This document shows positions 36,688 through 46,473 of a stretch of DNA of 64,000 bases, one piece after another (position 1 is the stretch's first letter; each line of letters starts with the position of its first letter). The notes beneath the pieces are model-generated. The model was not told the DNA's origin. It ran no database searches and saw only the letters and a list, made by a program, of their open reading frames with translations. Origin of the DNA: a virus; the IMG/VR virus record IMGVR_UViG_3300020198_000887, positions 1-64,000 of that record. One strand, written 5' to 3'. Made by a program: the position numbers and the translations under genes.

Positions 36688-37635
36688 ATGTCTATATCAG
36701 AACTTTGGGTTGAGAAATATAGACCATCAACAACTGATGGGTATGTTTTTAGAGATAATTATCAAAAACAACAAATAACGAATTGGATTAATGAAGGGGC
36801 AATCCCACATCTTTTGTTAAGTGGAACTGCTGGAGTAGGAAAAACAACCCTTGCTAAAATTTTGTTTAATCAACTAAACATCCATCCATATGACATAAAA
36901 GAAATAAATGCATCAAGAACAAATTCAGTCGATGATATACGAAATATTATTGTAAATTTTGTATCAATGATTCCATTTGGGAAATTCAAAGTAGTGTTAC
37001 TTGATGAAGCAGACTACCTATCTATAAATGCACAAGCAGTATTGCGTGGGGTAATGGAAGAGTATCATACTACGGCTAGATTTATATTAACGTGTAACTA
37101 TCCAAATAAAATTTTACCAGCCATACATAGTAGATGCCAAGGATTTCACATAGAAAAAGTCGACCAGACCGAATTTACCACTCGAATTGCCACAATTCTA
37201 ATATCGGAAAATATTAATTTTGAGTTGGATACATTAGATACTTTTGTGAAATCAACATATCCAGATTTACGAAAATGTATTAACTTAGTTCAAATGAATT
37301 GCGTAGATGGTACATTATACACCCCACAACAAGGTGATGGTAATAACTCTGATTACAAAATCGAAATGGTTCAATTATTCAAAGCAGGAAAAATCAATCA
37401 AGCAAGAAAATTGATTTGTAGTCAAGCACGACCAGATGAAATTGAAGATATATATAGATGGTTATATGATAATATTGAATTATTTGGTGACGATGACATG
37501 CAAGAACAAGCAATTCTTATTATCAAACAAGGGTTGGTTGATCACACCTTAGTTATTGACCCAGAAATTAATCTTGCTGCCACATTAATTAGACTTTCAA
37601 ACATATGCGAGAATCGAGAAAAAGAACATTTGTAA
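36688..37635 (+). CDS. clamp loader ATPase subunit (gp44/RFC-like)
   Basis: WVEKYRP, GTAGVGKTT, INAS, LDEAD, TCNY, SRC. Confidence 0.92.
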   Translation: MSISELWVEKYRPSTTDGYVFRDNYQKQQITNWINEGAIPHLLLSGTAGVGKTTLAKILFNQLNIHPYDIKEINASRTNSVDDIRNIIVNFVSMIPFGKFKVVLLDEADYLSINAQAVLRGVMEEYHTTARFILTCNYPNKILPAIHSRCQGFHIEKVDQTEFTTRIATILISENINFELDTLDTFVKSTYPDLRKCINLVQMNCVDGTLYTPQQGDGNNSDYKIEMVQLFKAGKINQARKLICSQARPDEIEDIYRWLYDNIELFGDDDMQEQAILIIKQGLVDHTLVIDPEINLAATLIRLSNICENREKEHL

Positions 37636-37808
37636 AAACTATTAGTTGGAGAGCTATAGCAACGATTGTATCATTTATTGTTGCGTATATCGTTTCCAAC
37701 GACTTAACCATCGCTAGCAGTATCGCTAGCATGCAAGTATTAATCCATACGTTATTATATTATATTCATGAACGTGTATGTTGTAAAATGCTGTGGGGTA
37801 ACCTGTAG
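37605..37808 (+). CDS. DUF2061-like small membrane protein
   Basis: ESRKRTFVKTISWRAIA...YYIHERV. Confidence 0.75.
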   Translation: MRESRKRTFVKTISWRAIATIVSFIVAYIVSNDLTIASSIASMQVLIHTLLYYIHERVCCKMLWGNL

Positions 37809-37918
37809 AAGGAGGGCACTTGGTACCCTCCAATATGTTTTACTTGACTAAATGTTAAATTTTGGCATTGAACATATTACAGCGCATTAGAATATATCTA
37901 ATCCACAAATGAATAATT

Positions 37919-38638
37919 TCAGTCTTCATCATATAGATTCAAAATTTCCTTAATTACAGGGTGTCGTTCAATGTCGTCAACCCCAAATTCTATAAGTTCA
38001 ATTAAACAGGGGGTTTTATCTTTCATTCTACGAATGAAATCATCCAAGCCATTTCCACCAAGTCTATCTGCCTGGTTCAAATCGCCCGTGATCACCATTT
38101 TTGAGTTATCGCCGATCCTGGTTAATAGCATTTTCATTTGGTTAACTGTAGTACCTTGAATTTCATCGGCTACTATATATGCATTTTTAAAGGTTCTTCC
38201 GCGCATGTACGCTAATGGGCTTATTTCTATAACACCTTCCTCTAAATATCTGGTAATATCTCTTTTCTGATAATATTCTGCAAACACATCAAAAATAGGT
38301 TTGGTCCATGGGGCCATCTTTTCTTCTAATGTGCCCGGTAAGAAACCCAAATCTTCATCTACTGAAACGGCGGGTCTTGTCACAATGATTTTTTCAATTT
38401 TTCCTTCTTGGAATAATTTAATTCCATATTGAACTGCCAGTATAGTTTTTCCAGTACCAGCTGGGCCAACTGCAAAAATAATACTAGTGGATTCATTCTG
38501 CAACTTATGCAAGTATTCTATTTGACTTTTATTTCGTGGGGCCAGGGTGACTTGTTTACGCTTTGCTGGTAAGTAAGGTTGAAAATCTATTATGTTAACT
38601 TCTGATGTAAAACGTTTTTTATTCACTTTTCTACTCAT
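37919..38638 (-). CDS. phoH: PhoH family protein
   Basis: GPAGTGKT, RPAV, GFLPG, LAYMRGRTF, DEIQ, GDLNQ. Confidence 0.93.
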   Translation of the reverse strand: MSRKVNKKRFTSEVNIIDFQPYLPAKRKQVTLAPRNKSQIEYLHKLQNESTSIIFAVGPAGTGKTILAVQYGIKLFQEGKIEKIIVTRPAVSVDEDLGFLPGTLEEKMAPWTKPIFDVFAEYYQKRDITRYLEEGVIEISPLAYMRGRTFKNAYIVADEIQGTTVNQMKMLLTRIGDNSKMVITGDLNQADRLGGNGLDDFIRRMKDKTPCLIELIEFGVDDIERHPVIKEILNLYDED

Positions 38639-38815
38639 TCAGTAATCTCCTACTTTGTGTGAGAAATAGGACTTGTAGTGACCGCCATGATAACTACATT
38701 GGTCCTACATTCGTATTTACCACATTTAATCAAAAATAATGAATGCCTATAATGTAAACAGATGGATATAATTTTATTTCGACTAAATACAAGTAGATTA
38801 TTCTAGGATTTTATT

Positions 38816-39400
38816 ATGCATGATGTATTAGATATTATTAAAAACATACAAAGTTTATATGAAAGTAATTCAAGTCTTGCTGTTCTTAAAGATGTTGAAC
38901 GTGTACTTGATGAATTAGATATGTATGTTTATGATAATTGGATTGATGGCGAGTTAGCATATGGCCCAAAAATTGATAGGCATTGGATTACTGTTGGATT
39001 TATGTGGCCACACCAAAAAATGCCAGACCCAATTGGTGGTAAACGATTGATTGATATCGGATGTAAGGTGAAATATCAAAAATCACATTTAGTCGAACCA
39101 CGGAAGATAAAAACAGCAGACGATATTAGACCAGGAACAAAAAAAGGTAAAATAGATAGCCATCCGATATGGATCGTTGAAATACAAATGCCTAAAAAAG
39201 TGGCATTTGAGATTTATAAAGGGTACATGCACAAAATGAAAAACGAGACCCAACATCAAATAACAAACACAAATACCCAGCAAGTTACACCTGCAATACC
39301 TGCACCAATCGCGCCAGGTGTACCTGGGGTATCTGGTGCTGTCGCCCCACAAGCAGGTATGCCAATGGCAGGTATGACGCCACGATCACCGGTAATTTAA
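38816..39400 (+). CDS. conserved hypothetical phage protein
   Basis: 194-aa ORF after TAAATA; Pro/Ala-rich tail. Confidence 0.75.
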   Translation: MHDVLDIIKNIQSLYESNSSLAVLKDVERVLDELDMYVYDNWIDGELAYGPKIDRHWITVGFMWPHQKMPDPIGGKRLIDIGCKVKYQKSHLVEPRKIKTADDIRPGTKKGKIDSHPIWIVEIQMPKKVAFEIYKGYMHKMKNETQHQITNTNTQQVTPAIPAPIAPGVPGVSGAVAPQAGMPMAGMTPRSPVI

Positions 39401-39402
39401 GA

Positions 39403-40146
39403 ATGCAAAATATCACAGAAAATTTAAGAAAAAATGATTTACGGAATTTGGTAAAGAAAGTATTTGAAATAGACTCATATAAAAGTAAAATAGGTGACGA
39501 CATCGACGTCGTTGTATTAAGTTTTACGGTTGATAGTGAAGACCCAGCAAAAGATTTGGAAAATTTTGTAGAAATGGGGTACGATTTTGTATTAGACGCC
39601 GACATATCACCAGGTGAAACTGATGATGGAACATATAAGGTATTTATTGAATTAGAACGTGGTAGACATACAGCAGACCAAATTTTAGAATTATTGGTAG
39701 GGATAGAACGATTAACTGGTATGCCTGATATGAGATTTCGCTATTTTAAAAGTTTCGAGAGTCATGACGCGACAATTGAAAACTTAACATCAATAATACC
39801 GAGTAATAAAGAATCATATAAACTTGCCACTAACAAACACAGCCTAAATAATTATAGTAATTTTTTTGCTGCCAGTTCTGCGGATAAAATTAATGTACTA
39901 GATGAATCCATTACTTTTAAAAAAATATGGGGTGACCAAGTAACATTTAATATAATTAAAAGTGGCGCGGTAAATGACGTATATAATTCTGTTAAAGGCC
40001 CACTTATGATGGAAAGTAAAGATATTGCTGAGATACTCTTTTTTACGAAATACATTGGTAATTACAACATTACAAAAATAAACAACACATATATATTTGA
40101 AAACAGCAATTGGGCTGTTGCATTGGAGAAAACTAATGTCATTTAA
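39403..40146 (+). CDS. conserved hypothetical phage protein
   Basis: 247-aa ORF adjacent to the previous gene. Confidence 0.75.
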   Translation: MQNITENLRKNDLRNLVKKVFEIDSYKSKIGDDIDVVVLSFTVDSEDPAKDLENFVEMGYDFVLDADISPGETDDGTYKVFIELERGRHTADQILELLVGIERLTGMPDMRFRYFKSFESHDATIENLTSIIPSNKESYKLATNKHSLNNYSNFFAASSADKINVLDESITFKKIWGDQVTFNIIKSGAVNDVYNSVKGPLMMESKDIAEILFFTKYIGNYNITKINNTYIFENSNWAVALEKTNVI

Positions 40147-40762
40147 GTTTGATTTCAAAAAAGAACATTTGTCACAAATAATACCAGGTAACCCATATTT
40201 AGATTATTGGTATAATGCATTAACTATGATACTACCTGATTATGATATTGACACAATACCCAGAGTTGCGGCGTTTTTGGCACAAACTGCGCATGAAAGC
40301 GGTAATTATAAATTTCTAAAAGAAAATTTAAATTATAGATCTACCTCTTTACGTAAAGTATTCCCAAAATATTTTCCAACTGATGCATTGGCAAACAAGT
40401 ATGCACACAATCAATCTGCAATTGCAAATAGAGTATATGGTAATAGAATGGGGAATGGACCTGAAGAATCAGGAGATGGATTCCGCTATTGTGGTCGTGG
40501 CTTAATACAACTAACAGGCAAAACTAATTATACCAAATTTGCCGAATCTATTGATACGCCAGTTGACGAAATACCAGACTATTTATCTACTTTTGAAGGT
40601 GCTGTGCAGTCTGCATGCTGGTATTGGGAAGAAAATAACCTTAATCGTTGGGCTGACCAAGGTGATATATTAACATTAACCAAACGGATTAATGGCGGTA
40701 CTATTGGATTAGAATCTAGAAAAACTCATTACGAACATGCAAAAAAAGTATTAAATTCATAA
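40136..40762 (+). CDS. glycoside hydrolase family 19 endolysin
   Basis: AAFLAQTAHES, ENLNY, YGNRMGN, GRGLIQLTG, INGG; GGAG RBS before ATG 40136. Confidence 0.9.
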   Translation: MSFKFDFKKEHLSQIIPGNPYLDYWYNALTMILPDYDIDTIPRVAAFLAQTAHESGNYKFLKENLNYRSTSLRKVFPKYFPTDALANKYAHNQSAIANRVYGNRMGNGPEESGDGFRYCGRGLIQLTGKTNYTKFAESIDTPVDEIPDYLSTFEGAVQSACWYWEENNLNRWADQGDILTLTKRINGGTIGLESRKTHYEHAKKVLNS

Positions 40763-40776
40763 GTTTGGAATATTAA

Positions 40777-41217
40777 ATGATAATTCTGCACCTGTTACCA
40801 GATAGTTTTTTAGCAATGGTTGTTCATATCATACTAGTGTTAGGAATTGGTGGGACAGTGTTGGATATGTTTATTCGATATATACCTGGTATTATACAAT
40901 ATAGAATTCCACTTAAAGTTTTATCTACTTTATTATTAATTTCTGGAATTTACTTAGAAGGAAGTTATTCAACAGAAATGATTTGGCGAGCTAGAGTCAA
41001 AGAAGTTGAAGCAAAAGTTGCATTAGCAGAAGCACAATCCAAAGAAGCAAATGTAATTATTCAAGAAAAAGTAGTTGAAAAAATTAAAATAGTAAAAGAA
41101 AAGGTATTCGTTAACCAAATTAAAATTAAAAAAGAAAAAGAAATCATTAATGCAGAATGTAAAATACCAATAATTGCAATTCAACGATACAACGCTGCAG
41201 TAGCAGGGGGTGGATAA
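40777..41217 (+). CDS. putative i-spanin (Rz-like)
   Basis: N-terminal TM segments followed by coiled coil; follows the endolysin. Confidence 0.6.
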   Translation: MIILHLLPDSFLAMVVHIILVLGIGGTVLDMFIRYIPGIIQYRIPLKVLSTLLLISGIYLEGSYSTEMIWRARVKEVEAKVALAEAQSKEANVIIQEKVVEKIKIVKEKVFVNQIKIKKEKEIINAECKIPIIAIQRYNAAVAGGG

Positions 41218-41480
41218 TGAGTACAGGTACTATTTTATTTTTACTTGTACTCACTGGATGCACAACTGCTGTTCCAGTAACAGTAAAATTTCCAGAGGCA
41301 CCATCTATTTTATTAGAACCTGTTCCAGTATTAAACCCATTAGAAGATAATAAACATGATTTGAGTGACATATTAGAAAATGTTAATGAAAATTACGGCA
41401 CATATTATGAAATTCGTGAAAAACTTCAAGAGTGGCAATATTGGTACAAAAAACAAAAAGAAATTTATGACAAAAATTAA
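41217..41480 (+). CDS. putative o-spanin lipoprotein (Rz1-like)
   Basis: lipobox LTGC followed by a Pro-rich segment. Confidence 0.65.
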   Translation: MSTGTILFLLVLTGCTTAVPVTVKFPEAPSILLEPVPVLNPLEDNKHDLSDILENVNENYGTYYEIREKLQEWQYWYKKQKEIYDKN

Positions 41481-41489
41481 GGAGTAATA

Positions 41490-42065
41490 ATGTCAAGAGA
41501 AAATTACAACAATATGACATCAGCAGAAAAAGCAGGTGAAGACTTTATGTCAAAAAATTGGAGACCAATGATGGCAATGACATACATGTTAACATGTTTG
41601 TTTGATTTTATTATTGGACCTATCCTTTATAATATATTACAATTCTATAATCCAGGACAACATTTAGATATGTGGCAACCATTAACTTTACAGGGCGGTG
41701 GATTGTATCACATTGCAATGGGGGTTGTATTAGGTATTACTGCACACGGAAGAACACAAGAAAAAATAAATGGGGCAGATGGTTCACTAGTCTCTAGTTT
41801 TACTAATGTAATATCACGTCAACATAATAGCCAACCAGTAGCACCAATTCAAGCTGCCCAAAATTTCCCAGCAGCAACCCACGGATTCACTCAAGAACCG
41901 ACAGTAAGTGCTAATAAATTTGGAAACGTTGTTCCACAACCAGTAGCACCAATTCAAGCTGCCCAAAATTTCCCAGCAGCAACCCACGGATTCACTCAAG
42001 AACCGACAGTAAGTGCTAATAAATTTGGAAACGTTGTTCCACAACCAGAAGAACCGATTCTATAA
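41490..42065 (+). CDS. holin-like membrane protein
   Basis: NWRPMMA...FDF..P...WQPLTLQGGGLYHIAMG..LG...GRTQEK; lysis-cassette position. Confidence 0.65.
   Translation: MSRENYNNMTSAEKAGEDFMSKNWRPMMAMTYMLTCLFDFIIGPILYNILQFYNPGQHLDMWQPLTLQGGGLYHIAMGVVLGITAHGRTQEKINGADGSLVSSFTNVISRQHNSQPVAPIQAAQNFPAATHGFTQEPTVSANKFGNVVPQPVAPIQAAQNFPAATHGFTQEPTVSANKFGNVVPQPEEPIL
41832..42047 (+). repeat. perfect 105-nt coding tandem duplication
   Basis: QPVAPIQAAQNFPAATHGFTQEPTVSANKFGNVVP x2; copies start at 41832 and 41937. Confidence 0.92.
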
Positions 42066-42075
42066 GGAGAGTTTT

Positions 42076-42333
42076 ATGAAATTTTTAACATTATTACTTG
42101 TATTTTTTGTATCAACACCAATTATTGCGGCGGAATGTGCCCCACCCGTTGATAAAATTACCGAAGAAAAAGCAGTTCCTGCTAAGAAAAAGCACAAAAA
42201 ATATAAAGGAACAATAATTCCATCTGAAGTAAAAAAAGTTGAACAAAAAGTAGCAGCACCAGTTGTTGAAGCACCTGCCAAGAAAAAACACAAAAAATAC
42301 GAAGGAACTAAAATCCCTGACGTAAAAAAATAA
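42076..42333 (+). CDS. small secreted Lys-rich protein
   Basis: signal peptide; PAKKKHKKYxGT x2; AAGGAG RBS. Confidence 0.7.
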   Translation: MKFLTLLLVFFVSTPIIAAECAPPVDKITEEKAVPAKKKHKKYKGTIIPSEVKKVEQKVAAPVVEAPAKKKHKKYEGTKIPDVKK

Positions 42334-42342
42334 GACATATAT

Positions 42343-42376
42343 TTGACAGGTTAACCATTACATAGTATTATAAATA
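42343..42376 (+). promoter_or_regulatory. overlapping sigma70-type and late promoters before dnaJ
   Basis: TTGACA-17-TATTAT overlapping TATAAATA. Confidence 0.55.
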
Positions 42377-42403
42377 ATATATAATATTTAACCTGTTTTT
42401 ACT

Positions 42404-43243
42404 ATGACTGATTACTATACAACCCTAGGCGTTGACAAACACGCAACGCAAACTGAGATAAAAAAAGCATATAGACGATTGGCGAATACCCACCACCCAG
42501 ATAAAGGTGGTGATCAATCCAAATTCAAGGATATATCGGTTGCATATGATACACTTGGCGATCCTGAAAAAAGGTCGCACTATGATAGCCGACAATCAAA
42601 TGACTCAGCTGGATTTACCACTCATCACTTCCGTGACTTCCATGACATATTTGGGCACCATTTTGGTGGGAACCCATTTTTTAATGATGCATTTAGACGA
42701 CAACACGTTCAAAAAAACAGGGACTTAAATCTACAGTGCACTATTTCACTGGGTGATTCGTTCTCGGGGAAACAATTAGAAGCAAAATACACGTTACCAA
42801 GTGGAAAACCACAAAGTGTGATAATTAATGTTCCTGCGGGAGTAAAACATGGTGATAATATAAAATATCCTGGACTTGGTGATGATTCAATATCAAACAT
42901 ACATCGCGGTGATTTGAATGTAACTATTTTAGTATCGGCAGATGAAAAATTTGACAGACGTGGTGATGATCTGTACACTACGGTTGAAATTAACGCAATT
43001 GAAGCAATGATTGGGTGTAAAAAACAAATAAAATCCATTACAGGGGAATCAATGATTATTGACATCAGAGCTGGGATCGAACCTGGTGCAGAATTCGCGA
43101 ATAATGGTGCTGGATTCAAAAATTTACAATCCCATCAAGTAGGTAGATTTGTATCAGTAATTAAAATAGTACCACATGCAATAACTAATCCAGAAATAGT
43201 TGATAAACTACGACAAATTTTAACACAAATCAATTCTCAATAA
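42404..43243 (+). CDS. dnaJ: DnaJ-family co-chaperone (type II, no zinc finger)
   Basis: DYYTTLG, HPD motif, G/F-rich linker, DnaJ C-terminal domain. Confidence 0.9.
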   Translation: MTDYYTTLGVDKHATQTEIKKAYRRLANTHHPDKGGDQSKFKDISVAYDTLGDPEKRSHYDSRQSNDSAGFTTHHFRDFHDIFGHHFGGNPFFNDAFRRQHVQKNRDLNLQCTISLGDSFSGKQLEAKYTLPSGKPQSVIINVPAGVKHGDNIKYPGLGDDSISNIHRGDLNVTILVSADEKFDRRGDDLYTTVEINAIEAMIGCKKQIKSITGESMIIDIRAGIEPGAEFANNGAGFKNLQSHQVGRFVSVIKIVPHAITNPEIVDKLRQILTQINSQ

Positions 43244-43259
43244 CAATACAGGAAATATA

Positions 43260-44819
43260 ATGGTAGAGCCAAGTAACGAACTAGAAGAAGTTTTCAGTAA
43301 AGCTGCAGATACCGTAAAAAAACTACACCATGAATATATAACAATAGAACATGTATTGTTCGCTATGTTATCAAACCAAAGGTTTGTTGATATAATTAAT
43401 AATTTCGGTTCAAACGCAGAAGACTTACGAAAACTGGTTACAAACCACTTGCAAACTAAATGCGAGGACATTACGACCACCGAACAAGTTACCCACCCAA
43501 AGAAAACAGCCGCGTTTGAACGGCTGCTAAATAAAGCATTTACACAAGTAATTTTTAATAATCGACAACGTGTGGAAATCACTGATGCCTTTTTAATGAT
43601 GTTAAATGAAAAACGTAGTTGGGCATTTTTCTACATTTCACAAGTTGGTATTGAAAAAGAAAAATTTGCTGATTATTTAAATACAACAGCAGATGCGGCC
43701 GATGAAGAAGCCCCAGATGAGCTTGACCCCCGCCACATTAAATCGTTACAAGCATATACAACTGACCTCAACGACCAAGTGTTGAAAGGAAAAATAGACC
43801 CAGTGATTGGACGAGTTGATGAACTTGAAAATATCGCATTGGCACTTGGTCGCCGATCTAAAAACAACGTGATTTTAGTTGGGGACCCAGGTGTTGGTAA
43901 AACTGCGATTGCAGAAGGTCTTGCATACAATATTGTAAATGGTGGAGTTCCAGATTTTTTGAAAGATTATACTGTTTATAATTTAGATATATCGGCAATG
44001 CTTGCCGGAACAAAATATCGGGGTGATTTTGAAGAACGCTTTAAACAAGTAATTAAAGCACTTGATAAAAAAGGAAAAACAGTTCTTTTTATTGATGAAG
44101 CACATATGATCAGTGGTGCAGGTGCATCGGCAAGTTCAGCAAATGACCTTGCTAATATGATGAAACCTGCACTAAGCAAGGGTAATATTAAAGTCATTGC
44201 ATCAACTACTTGGGAAGAATATCGCAAACACTTTGAAAAAGATCGCGCATTAATGCGTCGATTCCAACGTATTACGGTCGATGAACCATCACAAGAAATG
44301 ACTTTAAAAATCTTAAAAGGATTAAAAAAATATTATGAATCACATCATAATGTAAAAATTAAAACTGATGCATTGCAATCTTCAATAAAATTGTCAGTAA
44401 AATATCAAGCTGATAAAAAACTGCCAGATAAAGCAATTGATTTAATTGATTGTGCCTGTTCACGATTCAATTTAAAATTGGCGGATGACCGAATTATTAC
44501 AGAACGTGAAATTCAATATGAATTAGCGAAAATGATTAATATTCCAGAAGAACAAATTATGGAAACTGAGAGTAATACATTAGTCGATTTGCAAGAAAAA
44601 CTTGAAGCAGATGTTTACGGTCAAGATGCTGCGTTAACTGAAGTGGTTGATAAAATTATAGTTGCACAAGCCGGGTTAAAACCAGATAATAAACCAATCG
44701 GGTCTTTTGTATTTATGGGTCCAACCGGCTGTGGTAAATGTTTAAGTTACGATCAAGAAATAACTTTACAAATTCCCCAAGATATGTACAATTTTGCTAT
44801 CAAAAATAACTTAATTTAG
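43260..44819 (+). CDS. clpA: ClpA-like AAA+ ATPase, N-terminal part + 26-aa split-intein N-fragment (44739-44816)
   Basis: Clp N domain, GDPGVGKT, FIDE, then GPTGCGK|CLSYDQEITLQIPQDMYNFAIKNNLI*. Confidence 0.9.
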   Translation: MVEPSNELEEVFSKAADTVKKLHHEYITIEHVLFAMLSNQRFVDIINNFGSNAEDLRKLVTNHLQTKCEDITTTEQVTHPKKTAAFERLLNKAFTQVIFNNRQRVEITDAFLMMLNEKRSWAFFYISQVGIEKEKFADYLNTTADAADEEAPDELDPRHIKSLQAYTTDLNDQVLKGKIDPVIGRVDELENIALALGRRSKNNVILVGDPGVGKTAIAEGLAYNIVNGGVPDFLKDYTVYNLDISAMLAGTKYRGDFEERFKQVIKALDKKGKTVLFIDEAHMISGAGASASSANDLANMMKPALSKGNIKVIASTTWEEYRKHFEKDRALMRRFQRITVDEPSQEMTLKILKGLKKYYESHHNVKIKTDALQSSIKLSVKYQADKKLPDKAIDLIDCACSRFNLKLADDRIITEREIQYELAKMINIPEEQIMETESNTLVDLQEKLEADVYGQDAALTEVVDKIIVAQAGLKPDNKPIGSFVFMGPTGCGKCLSYDQEITLQIPQDMYNFAIKNNLI

Positions 44820-44849
44820 TAAAATGTTCTAAAATTACAAGAGGTCTAT

Positions 44850-46043
44850 ATGATTACAACTACAATACCAATTGGTAAATTTTTTACAATACTTGAACAA
44901 TATGAAAAACTTCATTTTGAACCAGAACAAGAACAATTTTTAAATTCAACGGTTAGAATTCCGGATGAGAATGGTAATTGGATCCAAGTTACTGCTGCTA
45001 TCACAAAACAGGACGATGGATTGTCAATTAAATTTAATAATGGTGATGAAATTAAGGCGGCCCGTAAACATTTAGTGTATGATGGGAATTCATGTGTATT
45101 TCTTGAATCGTTAAACATAGGAGACCATATTCAGAAAGCAACAGGTGAAATTATAGAAGTTGTATCAATTGACACAATTTCTGATAAGACTTTTTTTGAT
45201 TTGACCGTGGATTCGGATACACATTTATATCAAACAAGTAATAAAATTATACACCATAATACGGAAACTGCAAAAGCATTGGCAAAACACCTTGGTTCTA
45301 CCCTGGTACGATTTGATATGTCCGAATACCAAGAAAAACATAGTGTTAGTAAACTAATCGGTTCACCACCAGGTTATGTTGGGTTTGAAGAAAATGCTGG
45401 GTTGTTGATTACACAAATTCAAGAACACCCAAACGCAGTATTGTTGTTAGATGAAGTTGAAAAAGCACATCCTGATGTTGCAACAGTGTTATTACAAGTA
45501 ATGGATAATGGATTTATTACTGGGTCAAATGGAAAGAGGGCGGATTGTCGTAATATCGTATTAATTTTAACAACCAATGCTGGTGCACAATCCGCTGAAA
45601 AAAATGCAATTGGTTTTGGTAAACAAGATAAGGATTATTCGGATGAAGATTTGAAAAAATTCTTTACGCCAGAATTTAGAAATAGATTAGATGGTATTAT
45701 CACATTTAATAAACTTGGAAAAGACTCAATGACAAAGGTAGTTAACAAATTTATTGATGAACTACGCGAACAAGTAAAGGAAAAATCAATACGTATAAAA
45801 ATAACAAAGGATGCATCTAACTGGTTGTTAGAAAATGGGATTGACCCAAAAATGGGTGCCAGACCACTGCAGCGTGTTATTGATAAAGAAATTAAGCGAA
45901 ATCTTGCTAAAATGATGTTGTTTGGTGATTTAAAAAATGGTGGCATACTAACAATTGGTGTTGACAACGATAATATTTCACTGACAGCTGCATCAAACAA
46001 TATTAAAACAATCTCGTCAGAAGACATTGAAATGGTTATGTAA
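44850..46043 (+). CDS. clpA: split-intein C-fragment (137 aa, 44850-45260) + ClpA-like C-terminal part
   Basis: AARKH, FFDLTV, IIHHN|TETAKALA...RFDMSEY...LLDEVEKAH...GARPL; AGAGG RBS. Confidence 0.9.
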   Translation: MITTTIPIGKFFTILEQYEKLHFEPEQEQFLNSTVRIPDENGNWIQVTAAITKQDDGLSIKFNNGDEIKAARKHLVYDGNSCVFLESLNIGDHIQKATGEIIEVVSIDTISDKTFFDLTVDSDTHLYQTSNKIIHHNTETAKALAKHLGSTLVRFDMSEYQEKHSVSKLIGSPPGYVGFEENAGLLITQIQEHPNAVLLLDEVEKAHPDVATVLLQVMDNGFITGSNGKRADCRNIVLILTTNAGAQSAEKNAIGFGKQDKDYSDEDLKKFFTPEFRNRLDGIITFNKLGKDSMTKVVNKFIDELREQVKEKSIRIKITKDASNWLLENGIDPKMGARPLQRVIDKEIKRNLAKMMLFGDLKNGGILTIGVDNDNISLTAASNNIKTISSEDIEMVM

Positions 46044-46098
46044 TCAGTCGAATAAGCCCATGTAATGGATAAATATATAATATTACTTGGGCTTGACT

Positions 46099-46473
46099 AT
46101 GCGTATTACGGAATTATTAGAAGGTAAAACATTTAACGAAATGGACTTTGTCACACATACTGTTGACAAAGGTAAAAGAGAACTTAATTTTGATATTATG
46201 GACGACTTAATTTTCTTCATGAATAATGATGACGACGCATACCGTCGTCATTTATATCCAGTCGTATCAAAATGTGTGAATAAACATAACAATGATAAAA
46301 AGACATCTGCAAAAATGTTTGCAGATGCGGTAAAAGAATGCTATAGTATGTATATTAATGAATATCCAATTCGTGGAATGTCATCATCAATCACCGATGA
46401 ATGTCTTAAAGAAACATGCAAAAAGTTACACGATTTGGTCTGCCAACACATTGACAATGACAAATATAAATGA
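46099..46473 (+). CDS. hypothetical phage protein
   Basis: ORF after GATAAATA; MRITELLE N-terminus. Confidence 0.7.
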   Translation: MRITELLEGKTFNEMDFVTHTVDKGKRELNFDIMDDLIFFMNNDDDAYRRHLYPVVSKCVNKHNNDKKTSAKMFADAVKECYSMYINEYPIRGMSSSITDECLKETCKKLHDLVCQHIDNDKYK

